Assembly (NCBI GenBank): GCA_963747695.1
Contig: CAVVFV010000008.1
Location: 75,592 to 139,591, forward strand
DNA: 64,000 nt
Origin: Candidatus Falkowbacteria bacterium
GTDB lineage: Bacteria; Patescibacteriota; Patescibacteriia; Patescibacteriales; WJLG01
Direction: 5' to 3'
The position numbers and the translations under genes are program-made. A model generated the notes under the pieces. The model saw only the letters and a list, made by a program, of their open reading frames with translations. It had not been told where the DNA came from and searched no databases. Below, in pieces: positions 53,756 to 62,952 of this stretch. Numbering within the stretch: the first letter of the stretch is position 1; each line of letters begins with the position of its first letter.

Positions 53756-56700
53756 ATGGATCAGACCGGCGCCGATACGACGGCTACTTATAATCCCCCC
53801 AATATTTTAAACAGCAATAACGAACAGATCGGCAATGCGACCGCGTATCTGCAGACTTCCGGGGGCGCCAATACAATCAGCACTTACTGGCTTTCGAAAA
53901 CTGATTTGGCTACGGCGACTGGTACGATTTGCGTTAAGCTGGTCGTCAACGATAACCGCGGCGGCAATGATACTGTCGCTACCACCAGCGTTTACATCGA
54001 TAATTCGCCGCCGATTAATGTGGGCAGTCTGAATTATTCCAAAAAGACCGGCAGCGCGGTCACGGTGGCGTTCGGAACCGCGGCTCATGACAATAATTTC
54101 CGCCAGTATAAAATTTACTACAAGGCCGCCGTTTCGGGCGTCAAAGAAACCGATTCAGTTTTCAGTTCCACCAGCGATGTTAATTTATGGAGTGTCAATT
54201 ACGGCGGCGCGGCTACCACCACCATTACCGGTTTGCTGGGAGCGACCCAATATGTTTTTAATATCTGGGCTTATGACCAATATGGCAACAAAGCCAGCGG
54301 CACGACCGAATTGGCCGTCACTACAAAAAATACGCCGGCAGTTGCCGGAAGTCTGGCTCAATATCTTGCCGATGGCAGCACCGTGCTCACCAATAATACT
54401 TGGATCAATACCAATGAAGTAAATCTTTACGCCACTTCCACCGATCCGGATAGCAGTTCGGTAAAAATATATTATCAATTGGCTACGTCAAGCGGTTCGT
54501 ATCTTACCGTCACCACCACTCCGGCCAGCGCCTGTGCCTCCGGCGCAACTTATTCCGCTTGTCCGGGGCGAGTCTGGTATTCCAGCCACGCGATCAAAGC
54601 CGATCTGCCGGGAATCCCGGACGGCACCTATAAGTGGCAGGCTTTGGCTTGCGATGAGAACGGCTGTTCCAGAAATTGGCAGCAATTCAGCACCACCGTG
54701 CCCAATATCAAGATCGACACGACCGCGCCGACGATCCCGGGAAATTTGATCTTCAATTCCAAAGGCGTTACTACCGTAAAATTCAATTTTGGCGCGCCGA
54801 CCTCGGATTTAACTTTTGTCCAGTATAAGATTTTTTATAAGCAGGGGACCAGCGGCGTCAAACAAACCGATTCGCTCTGGAGTTCGAGCTCGGATTCCAA
54901 CTTGGGTAATATTTCTTTCAACAATAAAGCTTCAACCACTATTACCGGTTTGACCACGGGGTATACATATGTCTTTAATATTTTTGCTTATGATATGTTT
55001 GGGCGCGTGGCTTCGGCGACCAACGAAGCGCTGGTCAGCTTGTCCAATTATCCCGCGCTGCCTTATTCGTTGACCCAATATTCGCCGGCCACTTCGACAA
55101 TTTTGTCGAATGGCGTTTTTGTTAATAACAATACGATGTACCTTTATGGTACTTCTTCCGATGTCGCGGCGCCGCTGCTTTATTATGAATTATTGGGCAA
55201 TAGTTATTCTTTTACGACTGCGACCTCGGTACCTTCCACTTTCTGTTTGAATGGTACCGCTCCGGCCAGCTGTATTGGAAGCATCTGGAGCAATTACGCC
55301 AAGGTCAGCGGTTGGTATGATTACAGCTATAAATATCGGACCGAACTGATCGTTCCGGCCGCGCAAATCTCCGGCGGCTTGTCCAATTTTCCAGTCTATT
55401 TGAATCCGGCCGTTCTGGGTCAGGGCAATGTTTTCTGGTCGCACGTCAGGAGCGCGAGCGGCGGCGATCTTTTGGTCACCGATTCAGCCGGCAATCGTCT
55501 GCCGCTTGAAGTCGTAACTTTTTCCACCTCCACTCATAGCGGGGAATTATATTTCCGCGCCACGACTTTGACTCATGCGTCGGAAAATGATTTTTATCTC
55601 TATTACGGTTCCTCGACCGCCACCCAGCCGGCCTCATCGACGACTTATGGTTCGCAGAATGTCTGGAGCAACGGCTATACGGCTGTCTGGCACTATGCGG
55701 GTTCTTTGCGCGATTCCACCTGGCATAGCATCAACGGCACCAACAGCGGTTCAGCGGCCACAACTTCGTCTTCCAAACTCGGCAACACTTCCCAAAGTTT
55801 TAAAGCGACGGGGCCGAATTATATCAATTATGGCGCTCCGACCGCGCTTAATATCCATGGCAACAATCCGGTGACTCTTGAAAGCTGGTTTCAATACACT
55901 CTTTTGGCCGCCGCTTATCAGGAAGTAATCGGCAAGGGCGACACGCAATATGGCATCCAAAAAACTAACGCTAATCCCGGGACCCAGCAATTTCAGGTAT
56001 ATGATACCACTTGGCGCAACGTCAATTCGAATGTTACAGCTTTGCTCAATACTTGGACATTAGTCGCCGGCACTTATACCGGAGTATCGGGCGGACCGAA
56101 CACTGTTTTTGTTAATGGCGTTGCCATAGCCAGCACCACTTCCACTCTTATCAATGATGACGGCGCTAATTTCTGGGTTGGCGCGAATTCGGCCGCCACC
56201 CAACCTTTCACGGGCTTGATCGATGAAGTCAGGATCTCTTCCACCACCCGTTCTGACGCCTGGATGACTACCGAGTATGCGAACCAGAACGCGCCAAAAA
56301 CTTTTTTTACGACTTCATCGGAAGGATATTATCTGATTGTTTCCAGTAAGGCGATAAAAATTCCGTCGATCTCTGATGGCAATTATAAATGGCACGCGCT
56401 CGCCTGCAATTCCGTCGGTTGTTCCAATTGGGCGCCTTATAACGCGGTAACGCCGAACTTTATTATCGATACGATTGTTCCGACCGCGCCCGGCAAACTG
56501 ACCCTGGTCAGCCGCAATACTAACAGCATCACGCTGGGATTCGGTTCGCCGACCTTCGAAGTAAACTTCAGTCAATATAAGATTTTCTATAAGCAGGGAA
56601 CGAGCGGCGTCAAAGAAACCGATACCTTGGTCAGCTCTTCCAGCGATTCCGATTTGGGCAGCAAGACTTATAACGGCGCGCCGTCGATCACCTTCAACGG

Positions 56701-59700
56701 TTTGACCGCCAATACCCAATACGTTTTCAATATCTGGGCTTACGATAAGGCGGGCCATAAAGCGAGTTCGACTGCCGTAACTTTCCAGACCTCCAACGCG
56801 CTGACGCAAGTTTATTATTATTCGAGCGGCGCCTCATCAGGCTGGATCAATCCGGCCTTTGCCTGGGACAATACCAACAATACTTACGCTTATCGCAATG
56901 TTCCGGCAAATTCGGCCGATGACTCGGCTAATTATCTGCAAGGTACGGCCAATAATGCCGCGACCACTTCCCAGACTATTTTGGGCGTCGAATTGGGACT
57001 GGAAGGATATGTCAACGATCCGAACAATGACAGCTATAAATTAACTCCGCTGTTTTCCGGTCTGACCGCTGGCAGCACTTATGCTCTGGCCGGTTCGCTT
57101 TTTGGCCGGACCGACAGCGACACGACTTATTACAGCGATATCACCGACGATCCCAACGCACCCGCCGTCTGGACCTGGAACGACATCGTGAACCTTGACG
57201 CTAAAATTTTCGCCGCCAACGCCTCTTCGAGCGTCAACACCGTTGACGTCGATCAGATCAGGTTGCGCGTCACCGTGGATTCCTATCCGAATAGCGCCGC
57301 CAGTTTGAATCAGTATCGGAGCGATAAGGTTACGGCGATTTCCAACCAGGCTTACTTTAATCAGAACAATATTGTCTTATCAGGCCAGGCTACTGATCCT
57401 GATCCTTCGGAGTCATTATCGATCTATTATCAATTCGTCCCCACGGGCCAGAATTTCGCCACCAGCACGGCGGTTCCGGCCGGAGCCTGCGTCAATGGTA
57501 CGAATTATTCGAGCTGCAGTTCTAAAATTTGGGTGGCTTCATATTCCGGCGCGCCGGCTGATTTTAGCAGCACTCCTTACACCGGAACTTCTTCGGTCAC
57601 CAGTATCCCCGACGGGACTTATAAATGGCAAGCGCTGGTTTGCGATGCCAGTAATGTCTGCTCGGCCTGGGCGGGTTTTAATGCGACGACACCCAATATT
57701 ACGATCGATACCACGGCTCCGGCAGTTCCGGGCAAATTGGTTTTTAGTTCGCATACTTCCGGTTCGATTAATATTCATTTCGGCGCCGCCACGACTGATA
57801 CTAATTTTTACCGTTATCAGATTTTTTACAAAAAAGGTTCGACTTCGCCGGTTACCGAAAGCGATTTATTGCAAACCGATACCAATCTCAACTATATCAA
57901 TTATAATGGCGCCGTTACTACCACGGTGGTCGGGTTGGCTAAAAGTTCCTGGTACACTTTCAATATCTGGGCTTACGATCTGGCCGGCAATAAAGCCAGC
58001 GCGACCGTGGCGATGATCGCGAGCACCACCTCCGGCTATTACTTAACTCAAACTTCTTACTTGATAGAAAACGACGATAGCGTCATCGGTGTCAATGCCA
58101 ACTCGGCGCCCGGGCTGGCGGGAGTACCTTTAGCCAGCGTGGAAAAGGGCCAGCGCTTGAACGCCCGCGTTCAGCTCCAAAATACCGGCGGCGACCAGAC
58201 TTATAATAAACGTTTTAAATTGCAATATGAAAATAATACCGACGCGCCGGGAATTTGGAATGATGTGGGCGCGGCCACGGCGATCAGCTATTCTTATGGA
58301 TTGTCCGGCGCCAACGGCGACGCGATAACTTCGCGCCAGGCGGCGGTCAATGGCTATACTTGGGCGAACGGCCTTTGGCAGGATGAAACCAACTTGACCA
58401 ATATGTATAACTTGGCGGTTAATAATTATACGGAATTCGTCTTCGCGGTGCAGACGGCCAACGCGGCTGACGGCAAAACTTATCGCTTGCGGCTGATCGA
58501 CGGCACCGGCAGTTCGACACTCGACGTTTATTCGGCTTATCCGACTTTGACGATGGTGGCGAACGACACCAAAAGATATAGCAAAGACAGCCTATCCAGT
58601 TTGCCGGTCAATTCGGTTGACCTGACTTATTTCCTGGATAAAGCCGGATACACGGCAGTGTCCGCTGACGATTCCAGTTACGACATAATGACCAGTATTG
58701 CCGGAAAATACCCGGTTAATAATTTTGATGCCTTTGACGGGAAAAGCACCTACGCCTTGAATGTTTCTTGGAACGGCCAATCCAGCGTCGCGCCAAGTTC
58801 CAATTATGTCAACTTGCAGATTTATCGTTTCGGTTCGATAAATAAATGGGTCTCCGTGGCCTCAAACAGTACGGCGGCGCTCAATACCGATTTCAGTTTG
58901 AGTGGCTTGATCGATTATCACATCAGCGATTATTTATCCGGCAACTATGTTTTCTGGCGGGTTTATCAGCAGCCCGGCGCGGAAACTTTACGTTCGGATT
59001 ATTTGTCGTTCACCACTACGACGCCGGCGGCGTATGTTACCGGCCGGCATTACCGCTGGCGCAACGACGACGCTTCGGCCGGTTCCTGGCGGGAAGCGCA
59101 AGATACGCCCGACCCGACTTTGGGCACGGCCATTGCTAAAAAAACCAATCTCCGGCTGCGCTTGTCGTTCACGGATACTAAAGCCGGATCGGCCACCAAT
59201 TACGGTTATGGTTTGCAATACGCGACGACGACTACCAACTGCGCCGGCGCTTTGAGTCCCTGGTATCAGGTGAAGAGCACCGCCACTTCCACTTACCAAT
59301 TTCAGATTGCCACTTCCACGCAGTATAGCGACGCCAGTACTACCCGGGCTTGGTTGTCCACTGACAGTTATGCTTATGTGGCCGGCCGGATGGTCAATGG
59401 TCCGTCCGCCACTTCCGCCGCCATAACTTTGGCTCAAGATAACGACACGGAAGTCGAATTTACCATTAAGGCAACCGTCAATGCCAAGGCCGGCCAAACG
59501 TATTGCTTCCGCGGCACCAAAAATAATACAGCGCTTGACGCTTACGACCGTTATGCCGAATTGACCGTGGCTGGAACCACCAACACCGCTCCGTCGTTTA
59601 CCTCAGTGCCTTCCGATGGCGGGTCAGCCACTAATACGCCGACTCTTTACGGGCAGAACGTGAATTTTTCGGCGACCGCCTCTGATCCGCAGACCGATCA

Positions 59701-61120
59701 ATATTATCTGGCAATCTGCCAGACCAGCGCGATCACGGCGGGCAACGGCGGAGCGCCGACTTGCCCGGGGGGTTCGTGGTGCATTTCCGCCCGGGCTTCT
59801 TCGACTGCCGCCGCCAGCTGCTCGGTTTCAACCAACCATCTTTATTCCGAATATTATGATTGGTACGGCTTCGCCTGCGATTATCATTATGGCGCCGGCA
59901 TCGCCCAGTGTTCTCCGGTATCGCAAGGAACTCCGGGTTCGCCCAACGCTTCAACTTTCCGCGTCGACCATCCGCCGACTTTCAGCGCGGTCACCACCCT
60001 CACCGATTATAAAGATCCGGGCAGCTTAATTAATATTCAGGCGACCGCGGCCGATACGGATACTAACAACACTTTGAATTATTTTGTCTGTTCGACCAAT
60101 GGCGCGACTTCGGCCGGCTGTACCGGCGGAGCGGGCAATACCTTCTGTTCGGTAACCGCCACCACCAGCGCCAATCCGATCTGTCATGATCAGACACCGA
60201 TCCCTTATCCAAGCGGAACTTATAATTATTACGCTTTTGTTTTTGACAACTTCACTTTAGGCGCCACGACCAGTCCGCAAACCGGCAGCTTCCATATTAA
60301 TAATACGGCGCCATCGCTCGGCTCGTTAGCGCTCAATGGCAACAATGACATAACCTTGAACATCAAGGGCGCCGCGGATAAGCAGGTGCAACTGGTTGAC
60401 ACTTCGGTCACCGATCTTAACGGCTGCCAGACTTTGGTTTCAGCGACCGGCATGATCTATCGCACCGATCTCGGCTATGCTTGCGGCGCCGATGATAATA
60501 ACTGTTATCAGATCACCACGGCTAATTGCGTGAAAAGCGATTGTTCGGGTTCAAGCGACGCCATCGCCACCTATACCTGTACCGCCAATTTTAAATATTT
60601 CGCCGATCCGACCGACAATTCCACCAGTAATCCTTGGAGCGCGGATAATTGGACGGGCCGCTTGCAGGTTTACGACGGCTCCAACTACGCGGCCACTACT
60701 TCGCCCGCGGTTGAAGTTAATACCAACTTGGCGCTAAATGTTCCGCAAACCAAGATCGATTTTGGCAAGCTGGACGCCGGCACTGATACCGGAACGACCA
60801 ACCAATCGGTCACGGTGGTTAATTACGGCAACTCGCCGATCAATAGCGATGTGTCCGGAACTGATTTGACCGGCCAGATTCCCAGCTCGCTTGTCTCCAC
60901 TTACATTCACTGGGATCTGACGCAAAATTTTTCTTATGCATCCGGCAACACTTTGAAGAATGGTGGAGAAGTGGTTAGCGTTAACCTGGCCAAACCGACC
61001 AGCGTCGCCACCACTTCCAACCTGATTTATTGGGGCATCGGCATTCCGCCCGCTGCTACACATACTTATTTCCATGGTTCAAGCACTTTTGCCGCGGTTT
61101 TGAATGGTTCGGGATGGTAA
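53756..61120 (+). CDS. C-terminal fragment of the second giant gene (the track ORF starts at the first Met; homology continues upstream to ~53633)
   Basis: 2,454-aa ORF. It carries the rest of the C module, FN3 and A modules, cassette c (55311..56310), two RWRNDD-type modules (58034..58560, 59048..59570), Cys-rich modules (~59590..60310), and a C-terminal domain with LALNVPQTKIDFGKLDAG...IHWDL. Confidence 0.85.
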   Translation: MDQTGADTTATYNPPNILNSNNEQIGNATAYLQTSGGANTISTYWLSKTDLATATGTICVKLVVNDNRGGNDTVATTSVYIDNSPPINVGSLNYSKKTGSAVTVAFGTAAHDNNFRQYKIYYKAAVSGVKETDSVFSSTSDVNLWSVNYGGAATTTITGLLGATQYVFNIWAYDQYGNKASGTTELAVTTKNTPAVAGSLAQYLADGSTVLTNNTWINTNEVNLYATSTDPDSSSVKIYYQLATSSGSYLTVTTTPASACASGATYSACPGRVWYSSHAIKADLPGIPDGTYKWQALACDENGCSRNWQQFSTTVPNIKIDTTAPTIPGNLIFNSKGVTTVKFNFGAPTSDLTFVQYKIFYKQGTSGVKQTDSLWSSSSDSNLGNISFNNKASTTITGLTTGYTYVFNIFAYDMFGRVASATNEALVSLSNYPALPYSLTQYSPATSTILSNGVFVNNNTMYLYGTSSDVAAPLLYYELLGNSYSFTTATSVPSTFCLNGTAPASCIGSIWSNYAKVSGWYDYSYKYRTELIVPAAQISGGLSNFPVYLNPAVLGQGNVFWSHVRSASGGDLLVTDSAGNRLPLEVVTFSTSTHSGELYFRATTLTHASENDFYLYYGSSTATQPASSTTYGSQNVWSNGYTAVWHYAGSLRDSTWHSINGTNSGSAATTSSSKLGNTSQSFKATGPNYINYGAPTALNIHGNNPVTLESWFQYTLLAAAYQEVIGKGDTQYGIQKTNANPGTQQFQVYDTTWRNVNSNVTALLNTWTLVAGTYTGVSGGPNTVFVNGVAIASTTSTLINDDGANFWVGANSAATQPFTGLIDEVRISSTTRSDAWMTTEYANQNAPKTFFTTSSEGYYLIVSSKAIKIPSISDGNYKWHALACNSVGCSNWAPYNAVTPNFIIDTIVPTAPGKLTLVSRNTNSITLGFGSPTFEVNFSQYKIFYKQGTSGVKETDTLVSSSSDSDLGSKTYNGAPSITFNGLTANTQYVFNIWAYDKAGHKASSTAVTFQTSNALTQVYYYSSGASSGWINPAFAWDNTNNTYAYRNVPANSADDSANYLQGTANNAATTSQTILGVELGLEGYVNDPNNDSYKLTPLFSGLTAGSTYALAGSLFGRTDSDTTYYSDITDDPNAPAVWTWNDIVNLDAKIFAANASSSVNTVDVDQIRLRVTVDSYPNSAASLNQYRSDKVTAISNQAYFNQNNIVLSGQATDPDPSESLSIYYQFVPTGQNFATSTAVPAGACVNGTNYSSCSSKIWVASYSGAPADFSSTPYTGTSSVTSIPDGTYKWQALVCDASNVCSAWAGFNATTPNITIDTTAPAVPGKLVFSSHTSGSINIHFGAATTDTNFYRYQIFYKKGSTSPVTESDLLQTDTNLNYINYNGAVTTTVVGLAKSSWYTFNIWAYDLAGNKASATVAMIASTTSGYYLTQTSYLIENDDSVIGVNANSAPGLAGVPLASVEKGQRLNARVQLQNTGGDQTYNKRFKLQYENNTDAPGIWNDVGAATAISYSYGLSGANGDAITSRQAAVNGYTWANGLWQDETNLTNMYNLAVNNYTEFVFAVQTANAADGKTYRLRLIDGTGSSTLDVYSAYPTLTMVANDTKRYSKDSLSSLPVNSVDLTYFLDKAGYTAVSADDSSYDIMTSIAGKYPVNNFDAFDGKSTYALNVSWNGQSSVAPSSNYVNLQIYRFGSINKWVSVASNSTAALNTDFSLSGLIDYHISDYLSGNYVFWRVYQQPGAETLRSDYLSFTTTTPAAYVTGRHYRWRNDDASAGSWREAQDTPDPTLGTAIAKKTNLRLRLSFTDTKAGSATNYGYGLQYATTTTNCAGALSPWYQVKSTATSTYQFQIATSTQYSDASTTRAWLSTDSYAYVAGRMVNGPSATSAAITLAQDNDTEVEFTIKATVNAKAGQTYCFRGTKNNTALDAYDRYAELTVAGTTNTAPSFTSVPSDGGSATNTPTLYGQNVNFSATASDPQTDQYYLAICQTSAITAGNGGAPTCPGGSWCISARASSTAAASCSVSTNHLYSEYYDWYGFACDYHYGAGIAQCSPVSQGTPGSPNASTFRVDHPPTFSAVTTLTDYKDPGSLINIQATAADTDTNNTLNYFVCSTNGATSAGCTGGAGNTFCSVTATTSANPICHDQTPIPYPSGTYNYYAFVFDNFTLGATTSPQTGSFHINNTAPSLGSLALNGNNDITLNIKGAADKQVQLVDTSVTDLNGCQTLVSATGMIYRTDLGYACGADDNNCYQITTANCVKSDCSGSSDAIATYTCTANFKYFADPTDNSTSNPWSADNWTGRLQVYDGSNYAATTSPAVEVNTNLALNVPQTKIDFGKLDAGTDTGTTNQSVTVVNYGNSPINSDVSGTDLTGQIPSSLVSTYIHWDLTQNFSYASGNTLKNGGEVVSVNLAKPTSVATTSNLIYWGIGIPPAATHTYFHGSSTFAAVLNGSGW
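55311..56310 (+). other. DUF2341-like + LamG-like cassette c (close paralogue of cassette 2 of the first giant gene)
   Basis: DLLVTDSAGNRLPLEVVTFSTSTHSGELYFRATTLTHASENDFYLYYGSSTATQPASSTTYGSQNVWSNGYTAVWHYAGSLRDSTWHSINGTNSGS is nearly identical to the cassette 2 sequence at ~4080..4380. Confidence 0.7.
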
Positions 61121-61126
61121 CCGGCG

Positions 61127-61232
61127 AATATCCAATATCAAATAATCAATATCAAAAATTTTTCGCGATAAATTTTATAATATTTTGATATTTGAATATT
61201 TTTTGGATATTGGATATTTGATATTGGATATT
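61127..61232. promoter_or_regulatory. 17-bp perfect inverted repeat plus arrays of (T)TGGATAT / TTGATAT heptamers in the intergenic region upstream of the FN3 gene
   Basis: AATATCCAATATCAAAT (61127..61143) is the reverse complement of ATTTGATATTGGATATT (61216..61232). On the right side, TTGATAT / TTGAATAT / TTGGATAT / TGGATAT / TTGATAT / TGGATAT occur in tandem (61185..61231). On the left side the complementary ATATCCA / ATATCAA / TATCAAA are present. Confidence 0.55.
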
Positions 61233-61256
61233 AAATTTCTTACTTATCGCTTATTT

Positions 61257-61265
61257 TGTTATAAT
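61257..61265 (+). promoter_or_regulatory. Candidate extended -10 element TGtTATAAT for the FN3 gene
   Basis: TG at 61257..61258 and TATAAT at 61260..61265. It lies 39 nt upstream of ATG 61304, and AGGGGA (61295..61300) is a likely RBS. Confidence 0.45.
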
Positions 61266-61303
61266 GAAGATAATCAAGCCGAGTATTATCGACAAGGGGA
61301 ATT

Positions 61304-62884
61304 ATGAAAAGATATTTGCTGATCATTAATATTCTGTTGCTTCTTTTGGCATTGGCCGCGAGTGTGATCGTTGGCTGGTTTGTGTTGAACAGTTTCCGCG
61401 CCAACGGGGCCGCCGCTGCTACCAACGACAAGATCACGCCGATAATTTTCAATTCCAAGATCGACGATATTACCGCCAGTTCAGCGACAATTTCCTGGCA
61501 GACGGACAAACAGGCGGATTCGCTGGTCAATTACGGTTTGAATCGCGATTACGGAATGGTGCGCGATCCGCTGCCGGACAAAACCACCCATAAAATTGTT
61601 TTGGATACTTTGCTGCCCGACACCACTTATTATTTCCGCATCATTTCTACGGACTCCGAAGGCAACCAGGCGATCTCCAGCGATTTTTCCTTCGTGACTC
61701 CTGGTACGCCAAGTAGCGAGACATCAGCGCAGCCGGGTCAATCTCCGGGTCAGTCGCAAACGCCGGGCCAGTACCCGGGAAGTTCTACCCAAGTTTCCTC
61801 GAGCACCGAATCCAATAATCAGCAAGTGACCCAAATTTTGGAAGAAATCAATAAAGTTACCGACCAAAAGGCTTTGCAGGTGATCCAGAACCAGATTCAG
61901 GAACAAGCTCAGCAGGTTACGGAAAAACTGCAAATCATTCTGGACCAGGTCAATGTGGAAACCGGCGTCGATTATGCCATTATCAAATGGCAGACCAACG
62001 AGGCCGCCAATTCGACCGTCTCGCTGGTAACCGAAAAAGATTTTAACGGCAATAGCGCCAATCCTTATGTCTGGCAGGAGGGAAATTACGACGAACAAGC
62101 TACCGATCATACCGTGCAGATCAATGGCCTGACGCCGTCGACGACTTATCATTTTCAGGTCAGTTCCAAAACCAGTTTGGGCGTAACCGCCCAGAGCACC
62201 GATCAGGTTTTTGTTACCAAGTCGATTCTGCCGGAAATTTACAATATCACCATTGCCAAGATCGAAGAGGACGCCGCCACCATTAATTTTGCCACTAACA
62301 TCCCTTGTTCCGCTTATATCGAATACACCAATCTGGATACCGGCGAAAGCAAATTGCAGGGTAGCTCCAATTACTCGATTGTCCACTCGATAGTTATCGA
62401 CAATTTGAAATTCGATACTTACTATTCGGCGGTGATAACGGCCGAGAGCGAAGCCGGCGACCGCGTGCAGAGCGCGCCGCTAACTTTCCTGACCATTAAA
62501 GATGTGGTGCCGCCGGTAATTTCCAAAGTCAATACCGAATCGACTCTGTATCCGGGAGCTGATACTAAAGTCCAAACGATCGTCAGCTGGGAAACGGACG
62601 AAGAAGCGGTTTGCCAATTCTCTTTTCACCAGGGGTTCAATGCCACGGAAAAAGTCGACGTCTTGCCGCTGGAGACGGATTATTCGCTCAAGCACGTGCA
62701 GGTGACCACCAACTTATTACCCTCGACGGTTTATAAATTCTGGGTCGAATGTTATGACAAAGTCGGCAATAAATCGCGGACCAGCGATTACATTATGCTG
62801 ACGCCCACCCGCGAACAAAATATCATTGATATTATCTTGAAGAATTTCGAAACCACCTTCGGCTGGGTCAATGGGGGAAAATAA
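61304..62884 (+). CDS. N-terminally membrane-anchored protein with four FN3-like domains and a Q-rich coiled-coil linker (526 aa)
   Basis: TM LLIINILLLLLALAASVIVGWFVL. FN3-like units: ITASSATISWQTDKQADSLVNYG...LLPDTTYYFRIISTDSEGN; YAIIKWQTNEAANSTVSLV...LTPSTTYHFQVSS; AATINFATNIPCSAYIEYT...LKFDTYYSAVITAESEAGD; VSWETDEEAVCQFSF...LLPSTVYKFWVECYDKVGN. Confidence 0.85.
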   Translation: MKRYLLIINILLLLLALAASVIVGWFVLNSFRANGAAAATNDKITPIIFNSKIDDITASSATISWQTDKQADSLVNYGLNRDYGMVRDPLPDKTTHKIVLDTLLPDTTYYFRIISTDSEGNQAISSDFSFVTPGTPSSETSAQPGQSPGQSQTPGQYPGSSTQVSSSTESNNQQVTQILEEINKVTDQKALQVIQNQIQEQAQQVTEKLQIILDQVNVETGVDYAIIKWQTNEAANSTVSLVTEKDFNGNSANPYVWQEGNYDEQATDHTVQINGLTPSTTYHFQVSSKTSLGVTAQSTDQVFVTKSILPEIYNITIAKIEEDAATINFATNIPCSAYIEYTNLDTGESKLQGSSNYSIVHSIVIDNLKFDTYYSAVITAESEAGDRVQSAPLTFLTIKDVVPPVISKVNTESTLYPGADTKVQTIVSWETDEEAVCQFSFHQGFNATEKVDVLPLETDYSLKHVQVTTNLLPSTVYKFWVECYDKVGNKSRTSDYIMLTPTREQNIIDIILKNFETTFGWVNGGK

Positions 62885-62952
62885 CAATTATAAATTAAAA
62901 GTTAAAAATTAAAATATTTGTAATTTTGCATGTTTAACTTTTAATTGAACAG

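Larger units (their letters stand above)
48637..61120 (+). pseudogene. Second giant modular surface-protein gene (~4,160 aa if repaired), interrupted by a 1-nt frameshift in an A7 run; paralogue of 284..31000
   Basis: The two long ORFs (..53652 and 53756..61120) are in frames that differ by +1, and both are open across 53606..53652. Removing one A from 53624..53630 gives FNSAGEKRDASGKVNFNFTVNDPDGDNS..., a complete C module like FNSAAERIDASGKVDISFNANDPDLDN in the first giant gene. Confidence 0.8.
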
